This document shows, in pieces, positions 1 through 10,015 of a DNA stretch of 64,000 bases. Location of the stretch: the NCBI GenBank assembly GCA_965224705.1, contig OZ245056.1, forward strand, positions 1,984,001 through 2,048,000, written 5' to 3'. The notes under the pieces were generated by a model. It was not told the DNA's origin and did no database searches. It saw nothing but the letters and a program-made list of their open reading frames with translations. This DNA is from Spirochaetaceae bacterium. Lineage in GTDB: Bacteria > Spirochaetota > Spirochaetia > DSM-2461. Made by a program: the position numbers and the translations under genes. The number at the start of each line of letters is the position of its first letter. Position 1 is the first letter of the stretch.

Positions 1-214
1 TTGCTCCGAGGGCCAGCCATGTTTGTTTCTTTCTGAGCATTTCAATAAGGTAAACAACAGTGGCTCCCGGTGTCGGCAGAATGATTTCCCTTGCCAGTAT
101 CCTGGCAACAATGGTCCATATCGCCAGGACTGTCAGAGACGAGAGAATCACCCAGAATAATCGACGGTTAACCGTTACCGGTTTTCGCTTGGAATTCATT
201 CGGGAAATCATCAT
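1..214 (-). CDS. ABC transporter permease, NitT/TauT-like (N-terminal part; runs off window)
   Basis: Manual translation MMISRMNSKRKPVTVNRRLFWVILSSLTVLAIWTIVARILAREIILPTPGATVV: TM helix ending in W followed by the LPxP motif of SsuC/TauC-type permeases. Confidence 0.7.
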   Translation of the reverse strand, partial: MMISRMNSKRKPVTVNRRLFWVILSSLTVLAIWTIVARILAREIILPTPGATVVYLIEMLRKKQTWLALGA

Positions 215-296
215 ACCGTAGGTATTCAGGAGAATCTACCTCAAACAGATAGAGGAACGCCATGGGGACATTGGTACAATTGAGGCGATTTTTGCA

Positions 297-516
297 GTGT
301 CAGGAAGCTTGTTACAACCTGGTTTCATTTCAATCCGTCCAGATGAAGATCTTTGCCAGATACAGTAATTCAACGCTGATTGACAGCTGTGATTCGGTAC
401 ATCACTCTTTGAAATGATGAGAGAATTCTCCGAAAAGGTACATCGTAAATACATACTCTATCTGATATTAATTCGCTGATGAAAACGATTTCTTCATTTA
501 ACAAGCTTTCTGACAC
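297..516. mobile_element. MITE, family A (220 bp; ends shared with the IS at 7383-8637)
   Basis: Terminal inverted repeats GTGTCAGGAAGCTTGTTA / TAACAAGCTTTCTGACAC, flanked by TGCA on both sides; inverted homolog at 10016-10234. Confidence 0.85.
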
Positions 517-691
517 TGCAAAAATGCCGGGGAATGGTGTCTTCAAGGTCAGATCAGGAAAGATGCTTCGGTTCATGTCAGTACGACGACTCAATCCACC
601 AGATACCCCGGTTCAATGATGTATATATCGACATACACAGGACTGTAAACTGATTGACTTCAGCACTACACTCAGAATAAGCTACCATTAT

Positions 692-1855
692 ATGCAGAAA
701 CGTTCAAATTACATATTTACATCTGAAAGTGTTGGAGAAGGTCATCCAGACAAAATATGCGACTTAATATCCGATGCAGTCCTGGACAGGGTATTACAGA
801 AGGATCCCGAATCCCGGGTGGCCTGCGAATGCTATACATCGACCGGCATCGTCCTTGTGGGCGGTGAAATAACGACTGGTCACTATGTCGATATAATTCA
901 AACAGCCCAGGGAGTTTTGGGAGATATTGGGTACGACAAACCTGAAGATGGGATTGACCGGAAATCCTGTTCCATACTGACCATGATTAAACCCCAGTCT
1001 ACCGACATTTCCCAGGGTGTTACATCCGGTGAAGGGCTACACAAGGAACAGGGGGCTGGTGATCAAGGCTTGATGTTTGGTTACGCCTGTCGGCAGACCG
1101 ATTCATTCATGCCTGCTCCCATTGAGTTTTCTCACCGTATTATGAAAAAAGCCGCAGAAGTGAGAAAATCCCGAAAACTTGATTTTCTTCGTCCCGATGG
1201 GAAATGCCAGGTAACCGTTCGCTATGAATCCCACAAACCTGTATCCATTGAAACTGTTGTGTTATCGCATCAACACCTTGAAAGTGTCACCCATAAACAG
1301 GTGAAAGAGGGACTCATTGAGGAGGTAATACTTCCAGCACTGCCTCGAAACTTGCTGACAGATAAAACAGTGTACCATATAAACCCGACAGGCCGCTTTG
1401 TGATTGGCGGCCCCAGGGGGGATGTTGGTCTTACAGGCCGTAAAACAGTCGTTGACACTTATGGAGGGTATGCCAGACATGGAGGAGGGGCCTTTTCTGG
1501 AAAAGACCCCTCCAAAGTGGACAGATCGGCCGCTTACATGGCACGGTATCTGGCTAAGAATCTTGTTGCAACAGAATTGATTGACGAAGTGGAAGTTCAA
1601 CTGGCCTATGCCATCGGCATAGCAGAACCCGTTTCGGTGTATATCAACACTTTCAATTCCGGCAGGATAGATGCGGAAAGGATTGAATCCATTATTCCCA
1701 GGCTGTTTGATCTAACCCCGTCGGGTATCATCTCGACATTGAATCTCAAGCGTCCCATTTACTATCCCACAGCTGCCTATGGTCATTTCGGCAGGGATGG
1801 TTTCCCCTGGGAAAAGACTGACAGGGTAGACGATTTGAAGGATGCCCTGTCCTGA
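692..1855 (+). CDS. metK: S-adenosylmethionine synthetase
   Basis: [19 protein letters not shown] and GGGAFSGKD signatures. Confidence 0.98.
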   Translation: MQKRSNYIFTSESVGEGHPDKICDLISDAVLDRVLQKDPESRVACECYTSTGIVLVGGEITTGHYVDIIQTAQGVLGDIGYDKPEDGIDRKSCSILTMIKPQSTDISQGVTSGEGLHKEQGAGDQGLMFGYACRQTDSFMPAPIEFSHRIMKKAAEVRKSRKLDFLRPDGKCQVTVRYESHKPVSIETVVLSHQHLESVTHKQVKEGLIEEVILPALPRNLLTDKTVYHINPTGRFVIGGPRGDVGLTGRKTVVDTYGGYARHGGGAFSGKDPSKVDRSAAYMARYLAKNLVATELIDEVEVQLAYAIGIAEPVSVYINTFNSGRIDAERIESIIPRLFDLTPSGIISTLNLKRPIYYPTAAYGHFGRDGFPWEKTDRVDDLKDALS

Positions 1856-2835
1856 TGCGGAAAGGCCGCTGGTGGAGAAGAAATAAAGGCAAAACTACCT
1901 GTTTGCTCTGTCCTCATCGGTGTTCCCTTGATGATGGGGCCGCTGGTCTCTGTGGAGTGAGACGGGGCTCACCGGCTGGCATTGTTCTTCCGTCATGGGG
2001 CATGCTCACTGCTGAAAGCCTTGATCCTGTTGAAAAAAAGCCTCTTTACCATTTCCATCCCGGCAATCCTGTCTGGTCTATGGGTTTCGCCGGATGCAAT
2101 ATGGACTGTCCCTTTTGCCAGAATCACAGTATTTCCAGTTCCCCGGATGGAAAAGGCTATCTGGTGAAGCCTGAGGAATCTATTCACAGAGCAATGAAAT
2201 CGCATGCCAGGATGATCGCCTTCACTTATTCAGAACCCGGCATGCATGCCGAATATCTCATTGAGACCGCTCAACTGGCTCAAAAGCAGAAGATTTCTAC
2301 AGTGCTGGTGACCAACGGCTGCGTCAATCCGAATCCTGCAGCGGAAATCCTTTCATACATGGATGGGGTAAACATTGATCTGAAATCATGGAGCCGTCAG
2401 TATTACAAAGATACTCTGAAGGGTCGTCTTGAAACTGTCAGGGAATTCATCAAACTGGCTCAACAACTTTCATGGATGGAATTAACCACTCTGATTGTCC
2501 CGGATGATAATGACAGCGATGAGATGATGCATGAACAGTGTTCATGGATTGCCGGTATATCGCCAGATATTCCCCTCCATCTTTCCGCTTACTATCCATC
2601 TCACCACTATTCAAGGCCAGCTACTTCCGAGAAAACTCTGACCAACCTGGCTGATATTGCCAGACAATATCTCAACTATGTCTACATTGGAAATATTGGG
2701 ATTGAAAATCATACTCACTGCCCGGAATGCCAGGACATACTCATCAGACGGCGGGGATACAAAACCGAGTGCAGCATCATGGACGACGGGTTGTGCCCGA
2801 ATTGTTCTCATGCTGTTCCTGGGGTTTTCAATTAG
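1855..2835 (+). CDS. amrS: AmmeMemoRadiSam-type radical SAM enzyme
   Basis: N-terminal CLLCPHRC, DPVEKKPLYHF, CxxxCxxC (GCNMDCPFCQN), C-terminal CPEC...CPNC. Confidence 0.9.
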   Translation: MRKGRWWRRNKGKTTCLLCPHRCSLDDGAAGLCGVRRGSPAGIVLPSWGMLTAESLDPVEKKPLYHFHPGNPVWSMGFAGCNMDCPFCQNHSISSSPDGKGYLVKPEESIHRAMKSHARMIAFTYSEPGMHAEYLIETAQLAQKQKISTVLVTNGCVNPNPAAEILSYMDGVNIDLKSWSRQYYKDTLKGRLETVREFIKLAQQLSWMELTTLIVPDDNDSDEMMHEQCSWIAGISPDIPLHLSAYYPSHHYSRPATSEKTLTNLADIARQYLNYVYIGNIGIENHTHCPECQDILIRRRGYKTECSIMDDGLCPNCSHAVPGVFN

Positions 2836-2951
2836 TTGGGGACTGCCTCAAATGAAAAAGACGGCCGTGACACTGACCCTTCAGGTTTGTTTTCTATCTG
2901 AGTCATCCCTGGTCTTTACTGTTGATTGAAAAAATCTTTAAGATAGGATGC

Positions 2952-4745
2952 ATGTCACCTCCAGTTCAGATCTACGATGAAAGTAAAATAAAAACACTCA
3001 GTTCTCTTGAACATATTCGACTTCGTTCCGGTATGTATATCGGCCGTCTTGGTGATGGATCGAATTCCGAGGACGGTATCTACATTCTTCTCAAGGAAGT
3101 CGTGGACAATGCCATTGATGAGTACATCATGGGCTTCGGTAAGAAGATTGAAATCAAACATAAGAACGGAAGGATCGCCTGCCGTGACTATGGACGGGGT
3201 ATCCCTCATGGCAAGCTCATTGAATGTGTGAGTGTTATCAACACAGGGGCAAAATATAACGATGATGTATTTCAGTTTTCAGTAGGCCTCAATGGCGTGG
3301 GAACGAAGGCCGTGAATGCCCTGTCCAGTTCCTTTCTCATTCGTTCCTACAGGGATGGGAAATTCAGGGAAGCTCTGTTCGAGAAAGGTGTTCTCAATAA
3401 AGAAAGAAAGGGTAACTGTGAAGGATATGCGGACGGTACTTACGCCGAGTTCATGCCGGACAGGGATATATTCCCTGACTATGAATTTATTGATGAGTAC
3501 ATTGAACGGCGGATGTGGGTATATGCCTGTCTGAACCGAAATCTGAGTTTGTATTACAACGGCACCAGATTTGAATCAAAAAAGGGCTTACGTGATTTAT
3601 TGGATCAGGAAGTTGGCAATACAGCTCTCTATCCAATAGTTTATCACACTGGAGATAAACTTGAAATAGCTTTTACGCATACTGCAAATTATGGAGAAAA
3701 TCATTTCTCATTTGTAAACGGACAGTTTACTGCTGATGGGGGGACTCATCTCAGCGCATTCCGGGAGGGCTTACTCAAGGGGGTGAACGAATTCACAAAA
3801 AAAACCTACTCCGGTACCGATGTACGGGAAGGAATTGCCGGCTGCATTGCGGTGAAGGTGAAGGATCCCGTATTTGAAAGTCAGACTAAGAACAAGCTTG
3901 GGAATACTGAGGTGCGCTCATGGATTGTTAGAGAGGTAAAGGCAGCAGCCGTGGACTACCTTCACAAGAATCCCGAAACAGCCAGAATTCTTGAGGAAAA
4001 GATTGTCAATAATGAGAAACTCCGGAAGGAGCTTGCGGCGGTAAAAAAAGAAGCTAAAGCTGCGGCAAAAAGAATATCCCTGAACATTCCCAAGCTGAAA
4101 GACTGCAAGTATCACCGGGGAGATAAACGTGGTGATGAAACCACCATATTCATCACAGAAGGAATGTCCGCTGCCGGTTCAATTGTTAGCTGCAGAGACG
4201 TGCACACTCAGGCGGTCTATTCTCTCCGGGGGAAGCCCTGGAACAGTTACGGGAAAGGCCGTACAGCCATTTACAGGAATGAAGAATTGTTTAATCTGAT
4301 GATGGCTCTTGGAATTGAGAACGATATTGACAACCTGCGCTACGAACGTGTTGTCATTGCCACGGATGCCGATACAGATGGATTTCACATCCGGAATCTG
4401 ATACTGACGTTCTTTTTGAATTACTTCGAGGAACTGGTAATCGGCGGACATATCTACATCCTTGAAACACCGCTGTTCCGGGTACGGAATAAAAAGGAAA
4501 CACAGTACTGCTATTCCGAAAGGGAGAAGAATTCCGCCATGGCATCCATCAAGGGACGTGAAGTGACGAGATTCAAGGGACTGGGAGAGATCAGCCCCGG
4601 AGAATTTGGTCAGTTTATAGGAGAGGACATGCGCATTGTGCCAATTGGTATCAAATCGATGAAAACCGTGCCGGAAACTCTTGCGTTCTATATGGGAAAG
4701 AATACCCCTCAGCGGCGTGAATACATCATGGATAATCTGATTTAA
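2952..4745 (+). CDS. parE: DNA topoisomerase IV subunit B (spirochaete type)
   Basis: EHIRLRSGMYIG, EVVDNAIDE, TOPRIM TDADTDG, RFKGLGE; likely start ATG at 2952. Confidence 0.9.
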   Translation: MSPPVQIYDESKIKTLSSLEHIRLRSGMYIGRLGDGSNSEDGIYILLKEVVDNAIDEYIMGFGKKIEIKHKNGRIACRDYGRGIPHGKLIECVSVINTGAKYNDDVFQFSVGLNGVGTKAVNALSSSFLIRSYRDGKFREALFEKGVLNKERKGNCEGYADGTYAEFMPDRDIFPDYEFIDEYIERRMWVYACLNRNLSLYYNGTRFESKKGLRDLLDQEVGNTALYPIVYHTGDKLEIAFTHTANYGENHFSFVNGQFTADGGTHLSAFREGLLKGVNEFTKKTYSGTDVREGIAGCIAVKVKDPVFESQTKNKLGNTEVRSWIVREVKAAAVDYLHKNPETARILEEKIVNNEKLRKELAAVKKEAKAAAKRISLNIPKLKDCKYHRGDKRGDETTIFITEGMSAAGSIVSCRDVHTQAVYSLRGKPWNSYGKGRTAIYRNEELFNLMMALGIENDIDNLRYERVVIATDADTDGFHIRNLILTFFLNYFEELVIGGHIYILETPLFRVRNKKETQYCYSEREKNSAMASIKGREVTRFKGLGEISPGEFGQFIGEDMRIVPIGIKSMKTVPETLAFYMGKNTPQRREYIMDNLI

Positions 4746-6673
4746 TGGCGTATATAAATAAGATCTTCAACACAAATTTTCTTGAATATGCCTCCTATGT
4801 TATCAAAGAGAGGGCCATTCCCCATCTGGCGGATGGTCTCAAGCCAGTCCAGCGGCGAATTCTCCAGTCTTTGTTTGATGTTGACGATGGGAAATTTCAC
4901 AAGGTGGCCAATGTTATTGGTCATGCGATGCAGTATCATCCTCACGGAGATGCCTCCATCTATGAGGCTCTGGTCAACCTGGCCAACAAAGATTTCTTCA
5001 TCGACAGGCAGGGAAATTTCGGCAATACCTTCACTGGAGATCCAGCGGCCGCAGCCCGGTACATTGAATGTCGTCTTTTGCCCATGGCCAGAGAGGTGCT
5101 CTTCGGGCCGGAAATAACTGAGTTCACCGAGTCCTATGATGGACGCAGACAGGAACCTGTAACTCTTCCGGCAAAAATACCCCTACCCTTAATTCTGGGT
5201 GCTGAAGGAATCGCCGTTGGTATGTCCACACGGCTGCTGCCCCATAATCTCATTGAGGTTATGGAAGCTGAACAGGCCTGTTTGAGAGGGGAAGATTTTA
5301 CGATTTATCCTGATATTCCTTCCGGCGGCATCATTGATGTTACGAATTACAATGAGGGGAATGGAAAGATCCTCAGCAGGGCACGGCTGGATTCATCCGA
5401 TCCCAAGAGCATTGTGATACGTCAGCTTCCCTACGGGGTGACAACAGAAAGTCTTATTGCGTCGATTGAGAGTGCCGCAAGGTCAAACAAGATCAAAGTT
5501 GGGGTCATCAATGATTACACCACAGAGTCTGTTGAGATAGAAATAAAATTGTCCCGGGGCGTGCATACTGAGGATGTACTGGATGCCCTGTATGCCTTTA
5601 CCGATTGTGAAGTGAATATCCCGGTAAACATGCTCCTTATCAATGAGGATAAGCCCTCAGTGATGAATGTAACTGAAGTTGTAAAGTATCATGCGGACAG
5701 GTTGATCAAACTGCTGGAGAAGGAACTTCTCATTGAAAAAGGTCATTTGCTCGATAAGATTCATGCACGAAACCTGGAGAAAATCTTCATTGTTGAGAAA
5801 ATCTACAAACAGATTGAACCAATTAAAACCGTATCGGGCATATTTCGAACCGTGCACAGGGAATTTGAAGCATTTGAGAAGGAGATTGAACGCAAAGTAA
5901 GTGATGACGATATCGAGCGCCTTCTCAAAATACCCATAAGGCGTATAAGTCAATTTGACATCAAGCGGATGGTGGATGAAATTCGGCAATTACAGGAAAG
6001 GGTGACTGAAATTGATCATCATCTGACTCATCTGGTGGCCTGTGCCCTCAGTTATCTTGATGGGGTTATTGAGAAATACCGGTCGAAATATCCCCGACGC
6101 AGTGAGATTGTTTCGCTGCAAAAAGTGGATATCCGGGATGTGGCTCAAAAGAACCTGAAAGTAAAATACAACCCGGGCACAGGATATCTGGGTTATGAGA
6201 CCTCTGGCGGTCGGGTTCTTTTTTCTGCATCGGTGTATGACAGAGTCATCTACATAAAAAAAGATGGTACGTATCTGGTAACGGATGTGCCGGACAAACT
6301 TTTCGTGGGCAAGGGAATGCTCTATGCGAATCTGGCCGATAAGGAAACCTGTGATTCCGTGGTCTTTTCCCTTATTTACAGAAATACCGAGAACAATTTT
6401 CCCTACATCAAACGCTGTCAGATAACTCAGTTCATTCTCAATCGGTCATATTCACTGATACCGGAAGAAGGTGAAATGATACGCTTCACCACGAAGGAAG
6501 ATGTCGCTGCTGTTGTGGATTTCAAGCAGAGAAGTCTCATTAAAAACGCGGACTCCTTTCCCGTGAGTGAATACCTTGTAAAGGGTGTCAGGGCCAGAGG
6601 GGTGCGGCTCAAGCCCAGGGAGTTTACTTCTGCCCGGTTCATCAGTATCAAGGTGCTCGAAAAGAACACTTGA
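4745..6673 (+). CDS. parC: DNA topoisomerase IV subunit A (spirochaete type)
   Basis: DGLKPVQRR, YHPHGD, AAARY catalytic Tyr; short C-terminal domain. Confidence 0.9.
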   Translation: MAYINKIFNTNFLEYASYVIKERAIPHLADGLKPVQRRILQSLFDVDDGKFHKVANVIGHAMQYHPHGDASIYEALVNLANKDFFIDRQGNFGNTFTGDPAAAARYIECRLLPMAREVLFGPEITEFTESYDGRRQEPVTLPAKIPLPLILGAEGIAVGMSTRLLPHNLIEVMEAEQACLRGEDFTIYPDIPSGGIIDVTNYNEGNGKILSRARLDSSDPKSIVIRQLPYGVTTESLIASIESAARSNKIKVGVINDYTTESVEIEIKLSRGVHTEDVLDALYAFTDCEVNIPVNMLLINEDKPSVMNVTEVVKYHADRLIKLLEKELLIEKGHLLDKIHARNLEKIFIVEKIYKQIEPIKTVSGIFRTVHREFEAFEKEIERKVSDDDIERLLKIPIRRISQFDIKRMVDEIRQLQERVTEIDHHLTHLVACALSYLDGVIEKYRSKYPRRSEIVSLQKVDIRDVAQKNLKVKYNPGTGYLGYETSGGRVLFSASVYDRVIYIKKDGTYLVTDVPDKLFVGKGMLYANLADKETCDSVVFSLIYRNTENNFPYIKRCQITQFILNRSYSLIPEEGEMIRFTTKEDVAAVVDFKQRSLIKNADSFPVSEYLVKGVRARGVRLKPREFTSARFISIKVLEKNT

Positions 6674-6697
6674 CCTGAGTGCAATGGATTACTATCC

Positions 6698-6970
6698 TTG
6701 AATACAATGTTAGTTCAAAGTATAGAACAACTCGTCAAGAAAGATGTTCCACTTCACTATCGTAATGATTATACGGCCCTTTGCAAACTGGCATTCCCTC
6801 ACGGCGGAAGTCAGGAAGTGCCCATTGAATTCTCAGCGGAGATAAAACCTGGCGGCGAACGTGTTATCGATGTAAGAGTGAAGGAAAGGGTCAACTATCC
6901 GCTCATACCGGTCATCAGGGAACTCAAAGAAAAAATTCTTGTTATGGAAAAAGACGGCCTGCTCCGGTAA
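6698..6970 (+). CDS. Hypothetical protein, coupled to tsaE
   Basis: 90-aa ORF between parC and tsaE; its stop overlaps the tsaE start (TAATG). Confidence 0.7.
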   Translation: MNTMLVQSIEQLVKKDVPLHYRNDYTALCKLAFPHGGSQEVPIEFSAEIKPGGERVIDVRVKERVNYPLIPVIRELKEKILVMEKDGLLR

Positions 6971-7383
6971 TGGAGATTAAAACTCTTGATGCTGCCGGAA
7001 CGAAAAAGGTAGGATTTCAGCTCGGAAAACGCCTTGTTCCGGGAGATATTGTCACCCTGTCAGGTGTCCTGGGAGCCGGGAAAACCGTGTTCGCTCAGGG
7101 GGTCGCTGAAGCTCTTGGAGTAATTGAACCGGTAACCAGTCCATCTTTCATACTGATCAGCGAATATAGCGGTACAATGAAGCTTTATCACATGGACCTC
7201 TACCGATTGAACTCGGTGGAAGAGTTTTTTTGGCTTGGAGTTGAGGAAATGCTTAACGGGTCTGGAGTGTGCCTTATCGAATGGGGTGAACGCGTGATCA
7301 GTGAACTGCCGGATCGAACGATACGAGTCAGTATTGAAATGACGGAAGATGGTGAAAGATCAGTCTCTGTTGCCAATGTGTAG
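6970..7383 (+). CDS. tsaE: tRNA threonylcarbamoyladenosine biosynthesis ATPase
   Basis: GVLGAGKT P-loop, VTSPSF, HMDLYRL, LIEW. Confidence 0.95.
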   Translation: MEIKTLDAAGTKKVGFQLGKRLVPGDIVTLSGVLGAGKTVFAQGVAEALGVIEPVTSPSFILISEYSGTMKLYHMDLYRLNSVEEFFWLGVEEMLNGSGVCLIEWGERVISELPDRTIRVSIEMTEDGERSVSVANV

Positions 7384-8637
7384 TGTCAGAAAGCCTGTAA
7401 AACCTCCTTCAACCCATCCCGGGAGTCCAATCCCATCCTAAACCTTCACATACAGCGGATCATAACGACCGGATTCCACTCCCGGATTACGCCACTCACA
7501 CAGCCAGGTTTTCTTCTCTGCCGCACCCAGATTGACCTTGCTCAAAAAGGCCCTCTTCAACCAGTATTTACCTACTGCCTTGCGAAGTTTCTTCCTGGTG
7601 ATCCCGGCCTTCTCAGCATGAGTTGTGTCCTTCTTCTTCCTGGCTTCCTTCACCCGCCATGGAATCATGCAGTTGTGATAGTGACGATAAAGAACAAATC
7701 GAATCATCATCGCAGCGGGAGATTTGGCAAACTTGACCGTCTCCCTGACATGATCTGAAATATCTTTCCTGATCTGACGGTCAATGTAGTTAATAGAAAA
7801 CATCGGGTTATCCATGGTTCTGGCCGACCTTGAAGATGTCATGACCCGGATGAAGAAGTGGAGAAAATACTCGGTTTTCGCAAAGGCCCGGGTGTATGCC
7901 TTATGCATATCCGTGAAGAGCAGCTTATGCACAACCTTTTTCTTCATAAGAAATTGAATCAAATCTTCTGTCAGACTTCTCACCGATTTCTCAATGGCTC
8001 CGGGATCCGCCCTGCCCCTGGCCTCCAGCTTTTTTCGGATCAATTTCTGACGGGAAGTCATTCTTCCTTTCCGCCTGAGATTGGCAAACCCGGTCTCATA
8101 GATGAACTCGGACTCACTCCCGGCAAAGATGTTGATGTGGTTGGGATAGTATTGAGAGAAGGAAAAGGACTCCAGTCCATCCGCAGCCATGGATTCCCTC
8201 ATAGGGAGTTTTTTCAACAGCCGGGCATGGATTGCCATGGCGGAACGGGCCAGTCTTTCGCATCGGTTCTGCACCGTATCGGAAGAAACCTCCAGATGAC
8301 GGCTGATGTCGTTCACACCGGAAGAGGTCACCAGATGTTGGAAAAGTTCCTCGTAGTCGATGACTTTTTTCGCATAGTAATCGATTGAAAAAGTCTGGAC
8401 GGAAAAGGTTCTTTTGCAGTCATTGCAGATGTATCGCTGGACTGTTCCAAATGCTTCTGTGTGGTAGGAACTGTGTATCGAAAACCAGTTTTTTTGCTCT
8501 GGGGCACTGAAATGGATACATTTCGGGTTGGGGCAGTGAGGGAATAACATGGTCAAACTCCTTTATAAATTGTTTTCTTACTATGTTATAACGAGCCTGA
8601 CAGGGGGTTTTTGCTACATTAACAAGCTTTCTGACAC
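7383..8637 (-). mobile_element. Complete insertion sequence, 1255 bp (IS1-like transposase, family unassigned)
   Basis: Terminal IRs GTGTCAGAAAGCCTGTAA / TTAACAAGCTTTCTGACAC; flanks TGTA/TGCA; one ORF fills it; partial second copy at 49989. Confidence 0.85.
7438..8556 (-). CDS. Putative transposase: Zn-ribbon + HTH + RNase H-like domain
   Basis: CPNPKC...QRYICNDCKRTFS zinc ribbon (InsA-like), HTH ISRHLEVSSDTV, ADGLE and LFTDMHKAY acidic motifs, RETVKFAKS resembling IS1 RKSLSFSKS. Confidence 0.75.
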   Translation of the reverse strand: MTMLFPHCPNPKCIHFSAPEQKNWFSIHSSYHTEAFGTVQRYICNDCKRTFSVQTFSIDYYAKKVIDYEELFQHLVTSSGVNDISRHLEVSSDTVQNRCERLARSAMAIHARLLKKLPMRESMAADGLESFSFSQYYPNHINIFAGSESEFIYETGFANLRRKGRMTSRQKLIRKKLEARGRADPGAIEKSVRSLTEDLIQFLMKKKVVHKLLFTDMHKAYTRAFAKTEYFLHFFIRVMTSSRSARTMDNPMFSINYIDRQIRKDISDHVRETVKFAKSPAAMMIRFVLYRHYHNCMIPWRVKEARKKKDTTHAEKAGITRKKLRKAVGKYWLKRAFLSKVNLGAAEKKTWLCEWRNPGVESGRYDPLYVKV

Positions 8638-8812
8638 TGCAATAATTCTCAACACCGAATTATCATGGTATTTTCAGATTTTTCCAGCCATTACGCCAGA
8701 TTCTACTGATGAAGGAACACTGAGAACCCCATTGCCCGATAAAACGATCAAGTTCCATTCGGGAATCGTTTTCAGAGACTGAATGAAAGAACTGGATGGA
8801 TCAGTCGGTCTT

Positions 8813-9745
8813 TTATTCAAGGAAAGGTAGAGGGATCATCATTCGATCCCGGCATAGGAATGCTTCAGGAAAAATCTCCCGGCATTCATCACGGAGGATT
8901 TTCAATTCTCTGTCCGTATAGCGCGGGCTGTAGTGAATCAGTCCCATGCGATGCACTCCTCCCGCTTCAAGGGCTATTCGTCCGGCCTGTCTGGCTGTCA
9001 GGTGTTTCTTTTCTCTTGCGGATGCAGAGAGTTCCTCATTGAACATGGCTTCACAAATCAATAAGTCAGCTCCAGAAACTTCAGGGAGAATACTGTCACG
9101 CCAGGCTGTATCCGTCACATAGCAAACTTTACGCCCTGACCGGGCATCTCCCAATACCTGGAAAGGTTGAATAGTCTGACCATTCTCCAACCTGACGGAA
9201 TTGCCTTTCTGGAGTTTTCCCCACATTGGCCCCTCAGGAATTCCGATGGAACGAGCTTTTTCAGGATAGAAAATCCCAGGTCGGGGAACTTCCTGGAATG
9301 TGTACCCGACACATACTCTGGTATGCCGCAGAGGAAATGATCGGATAGTGTAACCCTTACCTATGTATACTTCCTGGGGGATGTCTGGCTGGGCTATCTC
9401 CTGAATCTCTATGGGATAGTTGATATACATATTCAGTATCTTCTGGTTTGTTTCCACATATTCCCTTATCTTCGGGGGGCCGATGATTACCAGAGGTTCG
9501 GTGCGCTCTACCTGAGAATTGAGCATAAGGATACCCGGCAGGCCTGTCACATGGTCTGCATGAGTATGACTGATGAGAATAACTGATATTTTTTTCCAAC
9601 TGAGATTTAACTGCCGCAGACTTATCTGGGTCGCCTCTCCACTGTCAAACAAAAAGATTTCTCCCTCACGACGCAGCAGCATGGATGTAAGATTGCGGTA
9701 GGGGAGAGGCATCATGCCTCCGGTTCCAAGAATATAGCTTTCCAT
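8813..9745 (-). CDS. rnz: Ribonuclease Z
   Basis: LGTGG, HTHADH metallo-beta-lactamase motif, GP-rich exosite, HYSPRY. Confidence 0.95.
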   Translation of the reverse strand: MESYILGTGGMMPLPYRNLTSMLLRREGEIFLFDSGEATQISLRQLNLSWKKISVILISHTHADHVTGLPGILMLNSQVERTEPLVIIGPPKIREYVETNQKILNMYINYPIEIQEIAQPDIPQEVYIGKGYTIRSFPLRHTRVCVGYTFQEVPRPGIFYPEKARSIGIPEGPMWGKLQKGNSVRLENGQTIQPFQVLGDARSGRKVCYVTDTAWRDSILPEVSGADLLICEAMFNEELSASAREKKHLTARQAGRIALEAGGVHRMGLIHYSPRYTDRELKILRDECREIFPEAFLCRDRMMIPLPFLE

Positions 9746-9952
9746 GAAGAAGAACTTTAGTGGAAGGATAGAGATTTGTTAAGGTGGAAACATGTACCCG
9801 AATCCCACTTTGGTTAAACAATGCCCTCTAAACAGATTTTTTCCCACACCAATCAAATCTCCTGAATACACCTCTCCAAACGACCAGCCAGAATGCCTCC
9901 GCATTATTTTCTGCATCAGTTCCTTCACCAACTCCGGTGTAAACTCCCTATG

Positions 9953-10005
9953 GAGTCTGTCGGACTTTAAGGCTTCGAGGCGTGAGACGTAAGTCCGACA
10001 GGCTT
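9953..10005. repeat. Short (53 bp) form of MITE family B
   Basis: GAGTCTGTCGGACTT...AAGTCCGACAGGCTT; flanks TATG/CATG. Confidence 0.85.
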
Positions 10006-10015
10006 CATGTATACA

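Noticed and set aside
236..594. ORFs 236-454 and 370-594
   Set aside because: They overlap the family A MITE and have no recognisable motifs
9775..9950. Possible gene remnant upstream of rnz
   Set aside because: A short open frame exists on the minus strand, but I could not assign any family
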